Of a stretch of 64,000 nt of DNA, positions 39,497-50,015 are shown piece after piece (the first letter of the stretch is position 1; each line of letters starts with the position of its first letter). This DNA is from an uncultured Phycisphaerales bacterium (GTDB taxonomy: Bacteria > Planctomycetota > Phycisphaerae > Sedimentisphaerales > Anaerobacaceae), in assembly GCA_963772725.1 (NCBI GenBank), contig CAVYYI010000001.1, forward strand, positions 352,001 to 416,000. Reading direction: 5' to 3'. A program made the translations under genes and the position numbers. The notes under the pieces were generated by a model. That model made no database searches. It had not been told where the DNA came from and worked only from the letters and a program-made list of their open reading frames with translations.

Positions 39497-41322
39497 TTTT
39501 TTAATTTCTTTTCGATACTGCGTACAAGCTCAATAATGTTATTGATTTTTTCATGGTCAATATTCATATCTGTTGATGTGTAGCGTGCCGCTTCACAAAG
39601 TTCCATTGTCTGGCGAAATTTATCGGCAATTTCATTATTTTGTGCGGCACAGATAAGTATGTCATGACAGTCACCGGGGGTAAGTGAACCGGCGATTTTG
39701 TCGAAGCGGTCGCCTATATACTGTTTCATAATTGAGACGACTAATTCATTTCGCCGAGAGGCATCCATAGAGGCGGCCTTCTTTAATTGGTTTATAGACT
39801 GACTGCAGGCTTTGCGGCGTTTTTTTGCCATCACTATTTCGGGGCTGGTATGAGTTATGAGTTTAGCGGTTGAACTTAAAATCAATATACTTAAGGGTAT
39901 TGCCCAAATAATTGCATAAGCAGGGCTGAACAAAGCGCGAGATGGCGTAAAATTCATGTTTTCCAAAACATCGGGGCTTTCATAATTAGCGGATAGTCCT
40001 TTTTTTATCGCCTCGACCTCCTTGTTGATTGGGGCAAAATCTTTTCCTTCAATGTCCGCAGCGGTAAGTCTTTTTGAAGGTTTAAGAGCAATTTTAATCG
40101 GCTCTGTTTTTGCGACGGAATAGCCGCCTGTATCAGGGTCGAAAAAGGCCAGCGGAATTGCAGGTATTATGTTTGCCTGATTGTTATCCGGCCTGATTGT
40201 TTGAGTAAAAACCTTGAATCCGTTTTCGATAACTGGTGATGCTTTCTGCGGCGGCATCTTGAAATTGGCTGCCAATTCCGGCACCTGTTCGAGTGCCGGC
40301 CACTGTACGGGCTTAAGGTATTTGCCGCCTCCGATTTTAATAGTCAGGGTGATCGGGTCTCCCATATATACATCAGTTAAAGGTGTTGCAGAGGCTGAAA
40401 TTGTGTATCGCCCAACTAAACCATAAAAGCCATCTGGTTTGCCTTGTTCGGGCAAGTCTAATATGTTTAGCTCCAACGGTTTCGAGGCTACCATAAACCG
40501 TTTGTACTGTTTTTGAGAGCCGAAAAGACCGTCAAAAAAATCATCCCGTGACCGTGATTGGCCGACGGCAACATTTGCGGATACTGACACTGGTTCGATT
40601 TGTACACGGCCTGAAATTTTGGGGATGAGAATTTTGCGAAGGACGAGCAGATTGGACGGTTTGCCATTATGGTTTACCTGATGCTGTGAAACCATGACAG
40701 TTTTGCCAGTGCCCAAATCAAATTCTTTGGCCTGCGAATCGAGGGTATCGGGATTTTCAAAATAAAAGACATCGCTCGAAAAGAGGGGGATGTTAAACTG
40801 TGGGTCGCTGATGTCAGCGGAAAAGTAGAAATTGATTGTCACCAGGACAGGCTGGCCTGCATAGCATTGCTTTTCCGATAATACAACTTCGATGTCCAAC
40901 TGGTCTGTGGTGCCAAGTTTTAAAATATTTACAGAGACAGGATTGGTGCGATAAGTTTTTGAGCCGACGGTAACTTCGACAGGGCCAAGTTCAACAGGGC
41001 CAGGCTGATTGACGGTTAACGAGTAACTCATTACATATCGCTTAACTACATTTTGGGTTGTATTTCCATTTATCATATTTATTGAGGTTTGCGATATATC
41101 ATGGTTACCGGCGCTTTTTGCGTTATATTTTTCCAAAGGGGTCAAATTTACCCGGCCAGGCTGATTTTCGCCATCAATAATTATATTATAAATGAAATTT
41201 TCACCAACGTAGATATTATGTGAAGAATCGACCTGGGCAAGAATCTGTATTTGCCCGAATGCCACGGTTGATGTCAATATTATTAAGACGAAAACAGTAA
41301 TAAATATTTTTGTGCCTGTCAT
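39493..41322 (-). CDS. batD: BatD family protein
   Basis: Signal peptide; Ig-like modules (VGENFIYNI, YAGQPV, GLVGRYTI, GDPITLTIKIGG); C-terminal TM. Confidence 0.8.
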   Translation of the reverse strand: MTGTKIFITVFVLIILTSTVAFGQIQILAQVDSSHNIYVGENFIYNIIIDGENQPGRVNLTPLEKYNAKSAGNHDISQTSINMINGNTTQNVVKRYVMSYSLTVNQPGPVELGPVEVTVGSKTYRTNPVSVNILKLGTTDQLDIEVVLSEKQCYAGQPVLVTINFYFSADISDPQFNIPLFSSDVFYFENPDTLDSQAKEFDLGTGKTVMVSQHQVNHNGKPSNLLVLRKILIPKISGRVQIEPVSVSANVAVGQSRSRDDFFDGLFGSQKQYKRFMVASKPLELNILDLPEQGKPDGFYGLVGRYTISASATPLTDVYMGDPITLTIKIGGGKYLKPVQWPALEQVPELAANFKMPPQKASPVIENGFKVFTQTIRPDNNQANIIPAIPLAFFDPDTGGYSVAKTEPIKIALKPSKRLTAADIEGKDFAPINKEVEAIKKGLSANYESPDVLENMNFTPSRALFSPAYAIIWAIPLSILILSSTAKLITHTSPEIVMAKKRRKACSQSINQLKKAASMDASRRNELVVSIMKQYIGDRFDKIAGSLTPGDCHDILICAAQNNEIADKFRQTMELCEAARYTSTDMNIDHEKINNIIELVRSIEKKLKK

Positions 41323-41331
41323 CTCTGCCTG

Positions 41332-42255
41332 TTACCAATCCTTTTCAACTTCTTTGTACCGAGCTTTTTGCAGGGTTTGTCTTTGGTTTTTATCTCGTTG
41401 TTCTTTATCGAGTATTTCCTGGGCAGCAGTATCATCGGCAGAAACCTGCTGTTTCTGCTCCTGCTGCTGTTGTTGTTCGGTCTGCTGCTGATTTGTTTTC
41501 TGCGGCTGATTAGGCTCTTGCTTAGAACTTTGTTGCTGTTGTTGAGTTTTTGGCTGATTGGCATCCTGCTGTGAAGATTGCTGCTGCTGGTTTTGCTGCT
41601 GTGCCTGGTTTGGGTCTTTGGACTGATTTTGGTTCTGCTGCTGCCCGGGCCGATTGGGGTCTTGCTGCCGCTGGCTTTGCTGTTGTGTCTGGTTTGGATC
41701 TTTAGATTGATTTTGGTTCTGTTGCCCATGTTGATTGGGGTCTTGCTTTTTTTGGTTTTTGAGCTGATCGAGAATATCTTTTATGGTCAGCCTGGCAACT
41801 TCTATATTTTTTGCGGCTTTTTCATTTTCAGGTTCAGTATCCAGCACGCCTCGCCAATATCCTATGGCGTTTTCCATATCCTGAATTGCTTTTTCCAGAT
41901 TCGAGTCTCTTTGTTTGGTGCCTTGTTGAAAAGAACAGTTACCCAGATTATATTTGGCTTTGGCAACCAGTTTCATATCTTTGCTTTCAGTAGCGACAGC
42001 CTTGTATAAATTCATCGCTTGTTCAAGGTCGTCAAGCCTGTAATAGCTATTGGCCTTGTTAAATTTTGGTTCTAATACCAGAGGGTTATCAATAACAGCC
42101 TGGTCGTATTGTTTAATCGCTTCGTCAAATTTACCCTGCTCATACAGCTTGTTACCCTGCAGAGTAGAAAGTCTCGCTGAACCGGCAAAAGCGGTTTGCA
42201 GCCCAAACAAAACCGTCAATATCATTAAAAGTATTTTATGTTTTCCTGCGTTCAC
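41332..42255 (-). CDS. batC: BatC-like TPR protein with Gln-rich linker
   Basis: GNKLYEQGKFDEAIKQY, YNLGN, a Q-rich tract and C-terminal VEKDW. Confidence 0.85.
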   Translation of the reverse strand: MNAGKHKILLMILTVLFGLQTAFAGSARLSTLQGNKLYEQGKFDEAIKQYDQAVIDNPLVLEPKFNKANSYYRLDDLEQAMNLYKAVATESKDMKLVAKAKYNLGNCSFQQGTKQRDSNLEKAIQDMENAIGYWRGVLDTEPENEKAAKNIEVARLTIKDILDQLKNQKKQDPNQHGQQNQNQSKDPNQTQQQSQRQQDPNRPGQQQNQNQSKDPNQAQQQNQQQQSSQQDANQPKTQQQQQSSKQEPNQPQKTNQQQTEQQQQQEQKQQVSADDTAAQEILDKEQRDKNQRQTLQKARYKEVEKDW

Positions 42256-43249
42256 TTATAAAAGCCTCACAAATAATCAATGCCAGTCCTAAAGCCACAA
42301 AAATCTGGAATTTTTCATCATACTTGAGCATCGTTGTCGATTCAAGAGTGCGTTTTTCTGCAGAAGCAATCAAACTTTCATAAATTTGTCCGAGGTCCAA
42401 AGTTGTACCAGGTTCGACGGAAAGATATTTTCCGCCTTTTGTAGCATAAACAAGTTTTCGCAACATATCGCTGTCAACTTTTGACCAGACTTCCCGGTCA
42501 TTATATTTTAAGAATGTTTTTTCACCATTTGGCCCTGTAATTGGAATCCGCGAACCCTGGTTCTGGTCACCGAGGCCGATGGCTATTACTCTTATACCAT
42601 CGGCGGCAGCTTTTTCGGCGGCCTGGACGGGAAAACTGTCCTGGTCTTCGCCATCTGTAATCAGAATTATATCCTTATACTCACGGCTCTGCTTATCGAA
42701 AACTTCCTGAGATGCTTTGCGAATCGCATCGCCTATCATTGTTCCGCCTTTGCTGGAACTTTCTGTGGAAATATCCGCCAAAGCCATTCTAACGAATGCA
42801 TAATCCTGGGTCAACGGGCATTTCACAGTGCTGTTTCCCGCAAATGTTACGATGGCTATACGGTCGCCTTTTAGAGTTTCCAGCAAATCCCTTATCGCCA
42901 GCTTCGAGCGTTCAAGCCTGTTCGGTTTGATATCCTCTGCCAGCATAGAGCGTGAAGTGTCCAGTAATATACACACATCGCGACCCTGCCGTTTTATTTT
43001 CTGTGCCTGGGGATTCCATTTGGGCTCGGTCAAAGCCATTACAATGGTGGCAAAACCGGCAATTAGCAATAAGGCCTTGAATATCTGTTTTTTCAGGCTT
43101 ACGGAAATGTTGATTTTCCTTAGCATCTCATTACTTGCTAATATCCTCAGTGTCTTTATTTTTTGCCAAAAGCACCAGATGTACGCAGGCAGCAAAACCA
43201 CCGGTACAACAAATAACAACCATAACGCCTTGTCATTTCCCAGGTTCAT
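42236..43249 (-). CDS. batB: vWA domain protein BatB
   Basis: LDTSRSMLAEDIKPNRLERSK, CPLTQD and LITDGED. Confidence 0.9.
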   Translation of the reverse strand: MNLGNDKALWLLFVVPVVLLPAYIWCFWQKIKTLRILASNEMLRKINISVSLKKQIFKALLLIAGFATIVMALTEPKWNPQAQKIKRQGRDVCILLDTSRSMLAEDIKPNRLERSKLAIRDLLETLKGDRIAIVTFAGNSTVKCPLTQDYAFVRMALADISTESSSKGGTMIGDAIRKASQEVFDKQSREYKDIILITDGEDQDSFPVQAAEKAAADGIRVIAIGLGDQNQGSRIPITGPNGEKTFLKYNDREVWSKVDSDMLRKLVYATKGGKYLSVEPGTTLDLGQIYESLIASAEKRTLESTTMLKYDEKFQIFVALGLALIICEAFISERRKT

Positions 43250-43270
43250 AAAATCCTTACACTTTTGCCT

Positions 43271-44361
43271 CTATGGAATCTTTCGAAAAACAGTACATCC
43301 TGCCAACATTTCCATGGCAAGCACCAACAAAGCAGCCAGTGTCCATGGGCCGAAAAGCTCCGCATATTGTGTGTACTGAATCGATTTGACCTCAGTTTTT
43401 TCCAATTTGTCTATTTTTTCAACAATAGTACCAAGTGTCTCTGCATTATCAGCCCGTCCATAAAATCCGCCTGTTGTATCGGCAATTGTCTTGAGTAAAT
43501 TTTCATCAAGACTTTGACCAGTCGGCATCTTATATGTACCCAAAGGGGTCTGAACAGATGTATAAGCCTGCTCAGAACCAATGCCGATAGTGTATATTTT
43601 TATGCCCCAATTTTTTGCCAGTTCGGCGGCCTGCAGGGGGCATATTGGCCGGCATTATTCATACCATCGGTAAGCAGAATAATAATCTTACTTTTAATCT
43701 TGAATCCGGCCTGCGGCTCATCTATTTTTTTTTCGCCTGCCTGTATCAGCAGGGTGTTTCTCTGCTTAATTTCTTCTTCAGCTTTTTTCAGCCTGGCTGC
43801 CGCCAACGCGATAGCATCTCCTATGGCAGTGCCGTCTTCACTGCGAATCGATACGATTTCGGTTTTTTTCAGAAATTCAAGCAGGACATTATGACTAAGC
43901 ACCAGGGGACAAATTGTATCGGCATATCTTGCAAAGGTAATTAATCCTACAAGGTCGCCGCTTCTGCCAACGAGATTATTTTTATTTCCATCAATGAAAT
44001 CAGAAAGAACTTTTTTGACCACTTCGAGGCGATTGAGGTTTTGCCCGTAATAATCCATTTCCGTTTGCATACTGCCGGAGCGGTCGGCGACAACCTCGAT
44101 AGCTATGCCTTGTGTGGAAATCTCCGACAAAACCGTACCTTTTCTTGGCCTGGCAAGGGCGACTATTAAAAGACCGATACAGACAAGCCTGGCGATTAAC
44201 AGTAACGGCCTGAGCCGGCTGCGCACGGAAATTCGGCATTTTTTCATATCCACGAGGCTGGGGAATATTACGGCAGCGGTACGTTTTTTGCGCAGATACA
44301 AAAACGCCAAAAACGGCAGTATAAAAAACAACAATAATACCCAGGGTGAATATAACTGCAT
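43271..44361 (-). CDS. batA: vWA domain protein BatA; one apparent frameshift at about 43637
   Basis: ALARPR, DRSGSM, GTAIGDA and LTDGMNNAG; restoring one C gives PLQAAELAKNWGIKIYTIGIG, in frame with ORF 43271..43543. Confidence 0.88.
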
Positions 44362-45443
44362 TTATTTGCTTCCTATTTCAACCAGATGCGAAGTATTGGC
44401 ATCAGTTACGTCAATCTTTTTCTCATCAGATTTTGTTTTCTCGATAAAGTTTTTAACCAGGTCGAAAGTTTTCTGGATTTGCTCGGCAGCAGGATTATGT
44501 TTGGCAAATTTTACAAGGTCGCAGTGCTGCAGAAATTCTCCCAAATCCTTTTTGTCCTCCGTGTCAAGAATATCCGCTGTTGCCAACTCGATCAAAAATT
44601 CTTCCGTAGTTCTTTCCGGAGCTCTGAGATTAAAGCGGTGTTCAATATAATGTCTGAGGATATCGCTTATTTGTTCATAGAATTCCTTGATTTTACCATT
44701 CTGTATCAAATCCTGTTTAACCAGAGTTCGCAGCCGTTCGTAGGCAATTTCATGGGCAGGCTTAAAAATCCTGACAAGTTCAGCCTGTCCCTTTCGCCTC
44801 AAATATATCCAGAATACCAAACCAGCCGTAACAATTACAACTATGCCTAATGCCCAAAACCATCGGAAAGAACTTTTCTCAGGCATTGGGACAACGCCTT
44901 CGATATCGGCTATTTTTAATTCAGCCCGCTGCTCGCCAAGCAGAGAAGTTACTTCGATATCTATGGGCTCGGTGGTAAGTTCATATTTATTTTTTTCGGG
45001 GTTGTTAATATCATGGAATTGAAATGTAAAAGCCGGTATCGGAAGAGTGCCGGACGAAAAAGGCTCAAGCTGATACCGATATGCCTTAACAACATTATTT
45101 TTTTCGTCGAGTTTGCTGCCTAAATCATCCCAATCTATAATTCCGAAATTCTCAAATACTTTGTCAACTTTTGGCATCTGAACTTCAAAGCCGGTCTCTG
45201 TTGTCGTCTCAATCTCCAGCAGAAGAGTTTCAGCAATAGTCATTTTGGCTTTGTCGGCGCGTATGTGGACGGTTAGAGGGCCACGCTGGAAATTTTTATC
45301 AATCTCAAATTTCTTTTTGTCACTTTTGGCTTTTATATCCTTCCTGCAGCCGCGCAAACCAGCAGAGACGCACAAGTTATAAGTGCGCAAATTATGAATA
45401 TTCCTGAACGTTTGTATTCGCGTGGTTTACTTGTTATTTTCAT
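44362..45443 (-). CDS. Bat-operon membrane lipoprotein (apparent frameshift at about 45352)
   Basis: ATG 45443 gives a signal ending LLVCAGC if one base is restored; TM; ILRHYIEHRF...APERTTEEFL...DLVKFAK. Confidence 0.7.
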
Positions 45444-46527
45444 TTTTGTCTGCCGGAGTCAATACCGATGTATGGATAATAACGTTGTATTTGTCCATCA
45501 ACTGTTTTATTAATTCCTGCTGCACATCCCGGCTTTTCTGGCTCAGAAGCTCGTTGGTTATCTGGTCTCTGGCCTCGTCGAAACTTTTTTGCCGCTCAAC
45601 CGAGTTTGGATCCTGCTTATTTGCCGGCTCTACAAATTTAGTCTTGTTGGCCTGGTAATATGTTTGAAGGTCGGTTTCGGTGATATTGATTTTGCCGGCC
45701 AATTCACCGTTCATCAGCTGCTGACTCAAAACGCCGCGAGTCAATTCTTCGAGAAGCCTTTTGTTTTTTGGCTTTTGCGGCAAATCTTCTTTCAAGGCCT
45801 GGCGATATAAAACTTCCTCGGTCAGCCATGACTGAAGAAACTGCTGTTTACTCGAAGGCTCTTTATATTGCTCGAGCAGTTTCTTTTTTTGCTCATTTAG
45901 CTGGTCTGTTGACACAAATGCAGCCATCGGAGCGAGCTGGTTGTCAATGGCTTGTTCGATTAGCACATCGAGGTCGGCCTGAGTTATCTTTTCAGGACCA
46001 ATTTCGGCGACTATTTTACTCGCTGCATTTTCCTGATTATTGAAACTTGTTCTGTCCATCAATTCGTACCGCAAAGCTGAAAAATTACCGATTTTTTCAA
46101 AACAATTCTTGATATGAGCATTAATCTGCGGCTCTAACTCATCGATTTTGGCAATTGCCTCACTGCGATAGTAATATTCAATTGCCTCATCGTAAGAACC
46201 GGCTTTCTCAAGCAGATTTCCAATCTGGAAAAGCGTTTTTGCGCGTTCTGTGTCCGATATTTTGCCGATGGATAGATATTCCTGCCAGACTTTAGCCGCT
46301 CTTGCGTATAGATTGCGTCCGTCAAGCTTTGCGGCGAGTTCTTTAACCTGGTCAGGTGAAGGAGATGAGACGGTGTTTGCCGAATAGGAGCCATGCCCCA
46401 AAGGTCTTACAAGAAGATTGGCGGCAGTCAGTCCTATGAGAATCAAAAGCAGGATAATAACCAAGCCGGATACAAAAGAATTTTTTTGTTTTTTTTCAGG
46501 TAACGAAAAATCCAGTTTTTCTTCCAT
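45427..46527 (-). CDS. membrane-anchored TPR plus SurA/PrsA-like chaperone domain protein
   Basis: N-terminal TM and TPR; VAEIGPEKITQADL...EEVLYRQA...ITETDLQTYYQANK...FDEARDQI. Confidence 0.7.
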   Translation of the reverse strand: MEEKLDFSLPEKKQKNSFVSGLVIILLLILIGLTAANLLVRPLGHGSYSANTVSSPSPDQVKELAAKLDGRNLYARAAKVWQEYLSIGKISDTERAKTLFQIGNLLEKAGSYDEAIEYYYRSEAIAKIDELEPQINAHIKNCFEKIGNFSALRYELMDRTSFNNQENAASKIVAEIGPEKITQADLDVLIEQAIDNQLAPMAAFVSTDQLNEQKKKLLEQYKEPSSKQQFLQSWLTEEVLYRQALKEDLPQKPKNKRLLEELTRGVLSQQLMNGELAGKINITETDLQTYYQANKTKFVEPANKQDPNSVERQKSFDEARDQITNELLSQKSRDVQQELIKQLMDKYNVIIHTSVLTPADKNENNK

Positions 46528-46567
46528 AACATTTATCTCGCATAATTTTTTTTAGGCTAAAAGTCAA

Positions 46568-47443
46568 TTAATAACGCCTGTGCCGCATATGAAAAAATCT
46601 AACCAAATCCTGTATATACGGCTTGTCAGTGTTTATGCTGATACAATCAACATTAATTGTTCGCAGCATACTCTTCAATTCATCGAATCTCAAGGCGGCA
46701 GTGCTGCTGTATTGCTCCCTGAATTTGCCGCTTGAAGTGTCAACGAGAATAAATTCGCCGGTTTCAGCATCGGTAAACTCAATCAGTCCTATACCGGGCA
46801 GCGCGATTTCAGCCTTATCGCGAACAGGGACGGCGATTACATCGTGTCGCTTATTGAGCAGACCGAGAGGTTTTTTAAAATCAGCCTCTATAAAATCCGA
46901 TACGAGGAACACCGTCGCTTTTTTACGTACCACCTTTGCCAGATAATTCAGCGCCTCGTTGATATTAGTCTTTCTTTTCTGCATCTTGAAGTACAGCAGT
47001 TCGCGAATCAGCCTGAGCATGTGGCTGATTCCCTTTTTAGGCGGAATATACAGCTCTATCCTGTCGGTAAAAATCAGCAATCCGACTTTATCATTATTTT
47101 TTGCCGCTGCAAATGCCAGCACGGCGCAGAATTCGGCGGCGAGTTCATTTTTGGCCTTATTTACAGTTCCGAAATCGCCGGAGGCGCTCAAATCAACGGC
47201 AAAAAGCACAGTCATCTCACGTTCTTCCACGAAGCGTTTTATGTAAGGCCTGCCGGTACGGGCGGTAACATTCCAGTCGATGGTACGGATGTCATCGCCG
47301 GGCGTATATTCACGAACTTCATCGAATTGCATACCTCTGCCTTTGAAAACGCTTTCATACTGGCCGGCAAAACTGGCATCTACGGCACGGGACGTGTAGA
47401 TTTGAATCTGTTTAATTTTTTTAATTAATTCCTGCGGTATCAT
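46568..47443 (-). CDS. DUF58 family protein
   Basis: SVFKGRGMQFDEVREYTPGDDIRTIDWNVTAR. Confidence 0.95.
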   Translation of the reverse strand: MIPQELIKKIKQIQIYTSRAVDASFAGQYESVFKGRGMQFDEVREYTPGDDIRTIDWNVTARTGRPYIKRFVEEREMTVLFAVDLSASGDFGTVNKAKNELAAEFCAVLAFAAAKNNDKVGLLIFTDRIELYIPPKKGISHMLRLIRELLYFKMQKRKTNINEALNYLAKVVRKKATVFLVSDFIEADFKKPLGLLNKRHDVIAVPVRDKAEIALPGIGLIEFTDAETGEFILVDTSSGKFREQYSSTAALRFDELKSMLRTINVDCISINTDKPYIQDLVRFFHMRHRRY

Positions 47444-47480
47444 AATGTTAGTTTTTAATTAATTTAAACCTCAAACCTGT

Positions 47481-48471
47481 TTAAGGCACTTCAATATTAT
47501 CGAAGATTGTCTTGATAATATCTTCGCTGGTTTTGTCCTCTGCTTCGGCCTCATAGCTGACGATTACTCTATGCCGCAGAACATCGGCGCCGATACTTTT
47601 TACATCCTGCGGGGTAACATAGCCTCTTTGCTGAATAAAGGCGTGTGCTTTCGCGGCAACAGCAAGGTAAATTGTGGCTCGAGGCGACGCCCCATAGCTT
47701 ATGAAGTTGGCCATTTTAATTCCATATTTGGCAGGCTCCCTGGTGGCACAAACTATATCGACTATGTAATCTTTGATTTTTTCATCAATATATATTTCAT
47801 CCACTACAGAGCGTACTTCGGAAATCTGTTCGGGGGTGATAACCGGTTTAATATCAAAATTTGTACTTGTCAGCTGCCATCCTGTCGAGAATTTTACGTT
47901 CTTCATCCTTGTTTGGATAATCGATTTTAACTTTCAGCATAAAGCGGTCAAGCTGAGCTTCCGGCAGAGGATATGTTCCCTCCTGTTCGATAGGATTCTG
48001 GGTTGCAAGTACGAGGAAAGGCCTGGGGAGAGCAAAGGTTTGTTCCCCGATTGTTACCTGTCTTTCCTGCATAGCTTCCAACAGGGCGCTTTGTACCTTG
48101 GCTGGAGCTCTGTTGATTTCGTCTGCTAATATGATATTGGCAAAAATAGGCCCCTTGCGGGTATAAAATTCGCCGTCTGCCTGCCGATATATCTGCGTGC
48201 CAATCAGGTCGGCGGGAAGCAGGTCTGGGGTAAACTGTATTCGCCTAAAATCAGCATTAATAGCTCGCGACAAAACTGTTACAGCCATGGTTTTAGCTAA
48301 ACCGGGTACCCCTTCCAGCAGTATATGCCCGTTGGCTAAAAGCCCGATAAGCATCCGCTCAAGCATATATCGCTGACCAACAATTACCTTGTCCATCTCC
48401 CCAAATAGTGCCCGCACAAACTCGCTTTTTTCCTGAACTAAATTTCCAATTTGCTTTACGTCTGCAGCCAT
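47481..48471 (-). CDS. moxR: MoxR-family AAA+ ATPase; one apparent frameshift at about 47872
   Basis: GVPGLAKT, RIQFTPDLLPAD, DEINRAPAKVQSALLEAMQE and GASPRA, split over two frames. Confidence 0.93.
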
Positions 48472-48677
48472 AAAGAGTTTCTCCTTAAAGTCTTATCTAT
48501 TACAAAGCATATCTCATAATTTCAGTCCGCACAGAGATATAAGGCTATTAAAAAATCCTTAAGTTTTTTGTACGTTTTGCACCTGCGAATTGTTCATATT
48601 ATGTGAAAAAATCAGAAAAAATCAAGTGCTGGCATAGTCTGTTTGAGATTTTATATTCCAGCCTGCCGGCGCAGCAT

Positions 48678-49997
48678 TTATATATCTTTTAAAAGGGTAT
48701 TTGCCGGGGATTTTTCGATAGTATCGGCGAAAGTTTTCAGGCAGCTGGAAAGTTTATCCAGTTCGGCTGAGGTGATAACCGGAATGTTGGTATTGCCGCG
48801 ATGTTCGAGCGAATCGACAACGTATTTTACCGTGAGCTTTCCAACGTCACAGGCGGGTTGATACGCGACGTCCTTATCTTCTTCCTGTCTTATTTCGCAA
48901 ACAACGCCGGATTCGACTAATTCGTAAAGTATCTCACGCACCAGGCGGATTGGTACGTTGAGTTTGTGAGAAATGCCGGCAGCGTCCCAAGCTTGCTTTG
49001 ACTCGCAGAAGTTTTTTACCACCAGTTGGCATATTAAAAGCGAGATTAGCGTCTTAAATGAATGGCTGACGGATAAGCAATCCTGCTCAAATTCATAGGT
49101 ATCCACGTTTTGATGGGCAAACGAAAGTTCTGCGCCGAATAAGACTATTAACCAGCTTGACTGGAGCCATAACAGGAAAAGTGGCAGGGCGGCGAAGCTC
49201 CCGTAAATCGGACCGTATTTAACGGCTCCGATTTGGAAATTGATGTAAACCCATTGCACAACCAGAAAGATTGTTCCTGTAATGATGCCGGCGAAAATAC
49301 CTGATTTGAGTTTGACTTTTGTGTTCGGCATAAAAATAAAAACAAACGTAAATGTTACCCAGATCGCGATGTATGATAGGAGTTTAAGGCTTGGCAGGAT
49401 TATCCATCCGTAAGAGCGAAGGAAACTGAATGCCTCAACCCAGTGCTGTACCTGGCTGCTTATCATAACGGTAATGCTGCTTGCCGCTATCAAAAGAAAC
49501 GGACATATCATCATTATCGAAAGATAGTCAGTAAATTTTCTTCCGAGATGTCTTGGTTTTTTCACTCCCCAGATGTCGTTAAACGAATTCTCGATATTGC
49601 TCAGTACCTGTATAACTGTCCATAACACGAGAATTACGCCAATGCCGGCGATTAAACCGCCGTTGGTGTTTGCCAGCAGCGAATTCGCGAAAGTGATAAT
49701 TTTTTTCGCGACTTCCTCTTGACCCTGTAAGCTTTTTAATATCTGGGCTTCGAAGTTTTTTTCAAGCCCGAACCCCTTGGCTATGCCGAACATCATCGCA
49801 ATTACAGGGACAATGGAAAGCAATGAGTAAAATGTCAAGGCGGATGCCCTGAAATTGCATTTGTTTTCGTCATATCCGCGTATGGCCAGAAGAACGATTC
49901 GCAACTGACGAATCCAGAATGATTTCGCGGGAGGATAATTTCTCAGCCGTACACGCCAAATATCGTTTTTAACAAAGTTTAGAAGTTCGGATAGCAT
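48678..49997 (-). CDS. YihY/BrkB family membrane protein with C-terminal HTH
   Basis: RASALTFYSLLSIVP, IENSFNDIW and YGSFAALPLFLLWLQ. Confidence 0.9.
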   Translation of the reverse strand: MLSELLNFVKNDIWRVRLRNYPPAKSFWIRQLRIVLLAIRGYDENKCNFRASALTFYSLLSIVPVIAMMFGIAKGFGLEKNFEAQILKSLQGQEEVAKKIITFANSLLANTNGGLIAGIGVILVLWTVIQVLSNIENSFNDIWGVKKPRHLGRKFTDYLSIMMICPFLLIAASSITVMISSQVQHWVEAFSFLRSYGWIILPSLKLLSYIAIWVTFTFVFIFMPNTKVKLKSGIFAGIITGTIFLVVQWVYINFQIGAVKYGPIYGSFAALPLFLLWLQSSWLIVLFGAELSFAHQNVDTYEFEQDCLSVSHSFKTLISLLICQLVVKNFCESKQAWDAAGISHKLNVPIRLVREILYELVESGVVCEIRQEEDKDVAYQPACDVGKLTVKYVVDSLEHRGNTNIPVITSAELDKLSSCLKTFADTIEKSPANTLLKDI

Positions 49998-50015
49998 TGT
50001 AAAACTCCTTATTTT

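Noticed and set aside
41450..41750. Repeat-rich tract as a possible CRISPR array
   Set aside because: It is the coding Gln-rich linker of BatC. There is no repeat-spacer pattern and no cas gene anywhere in the window.
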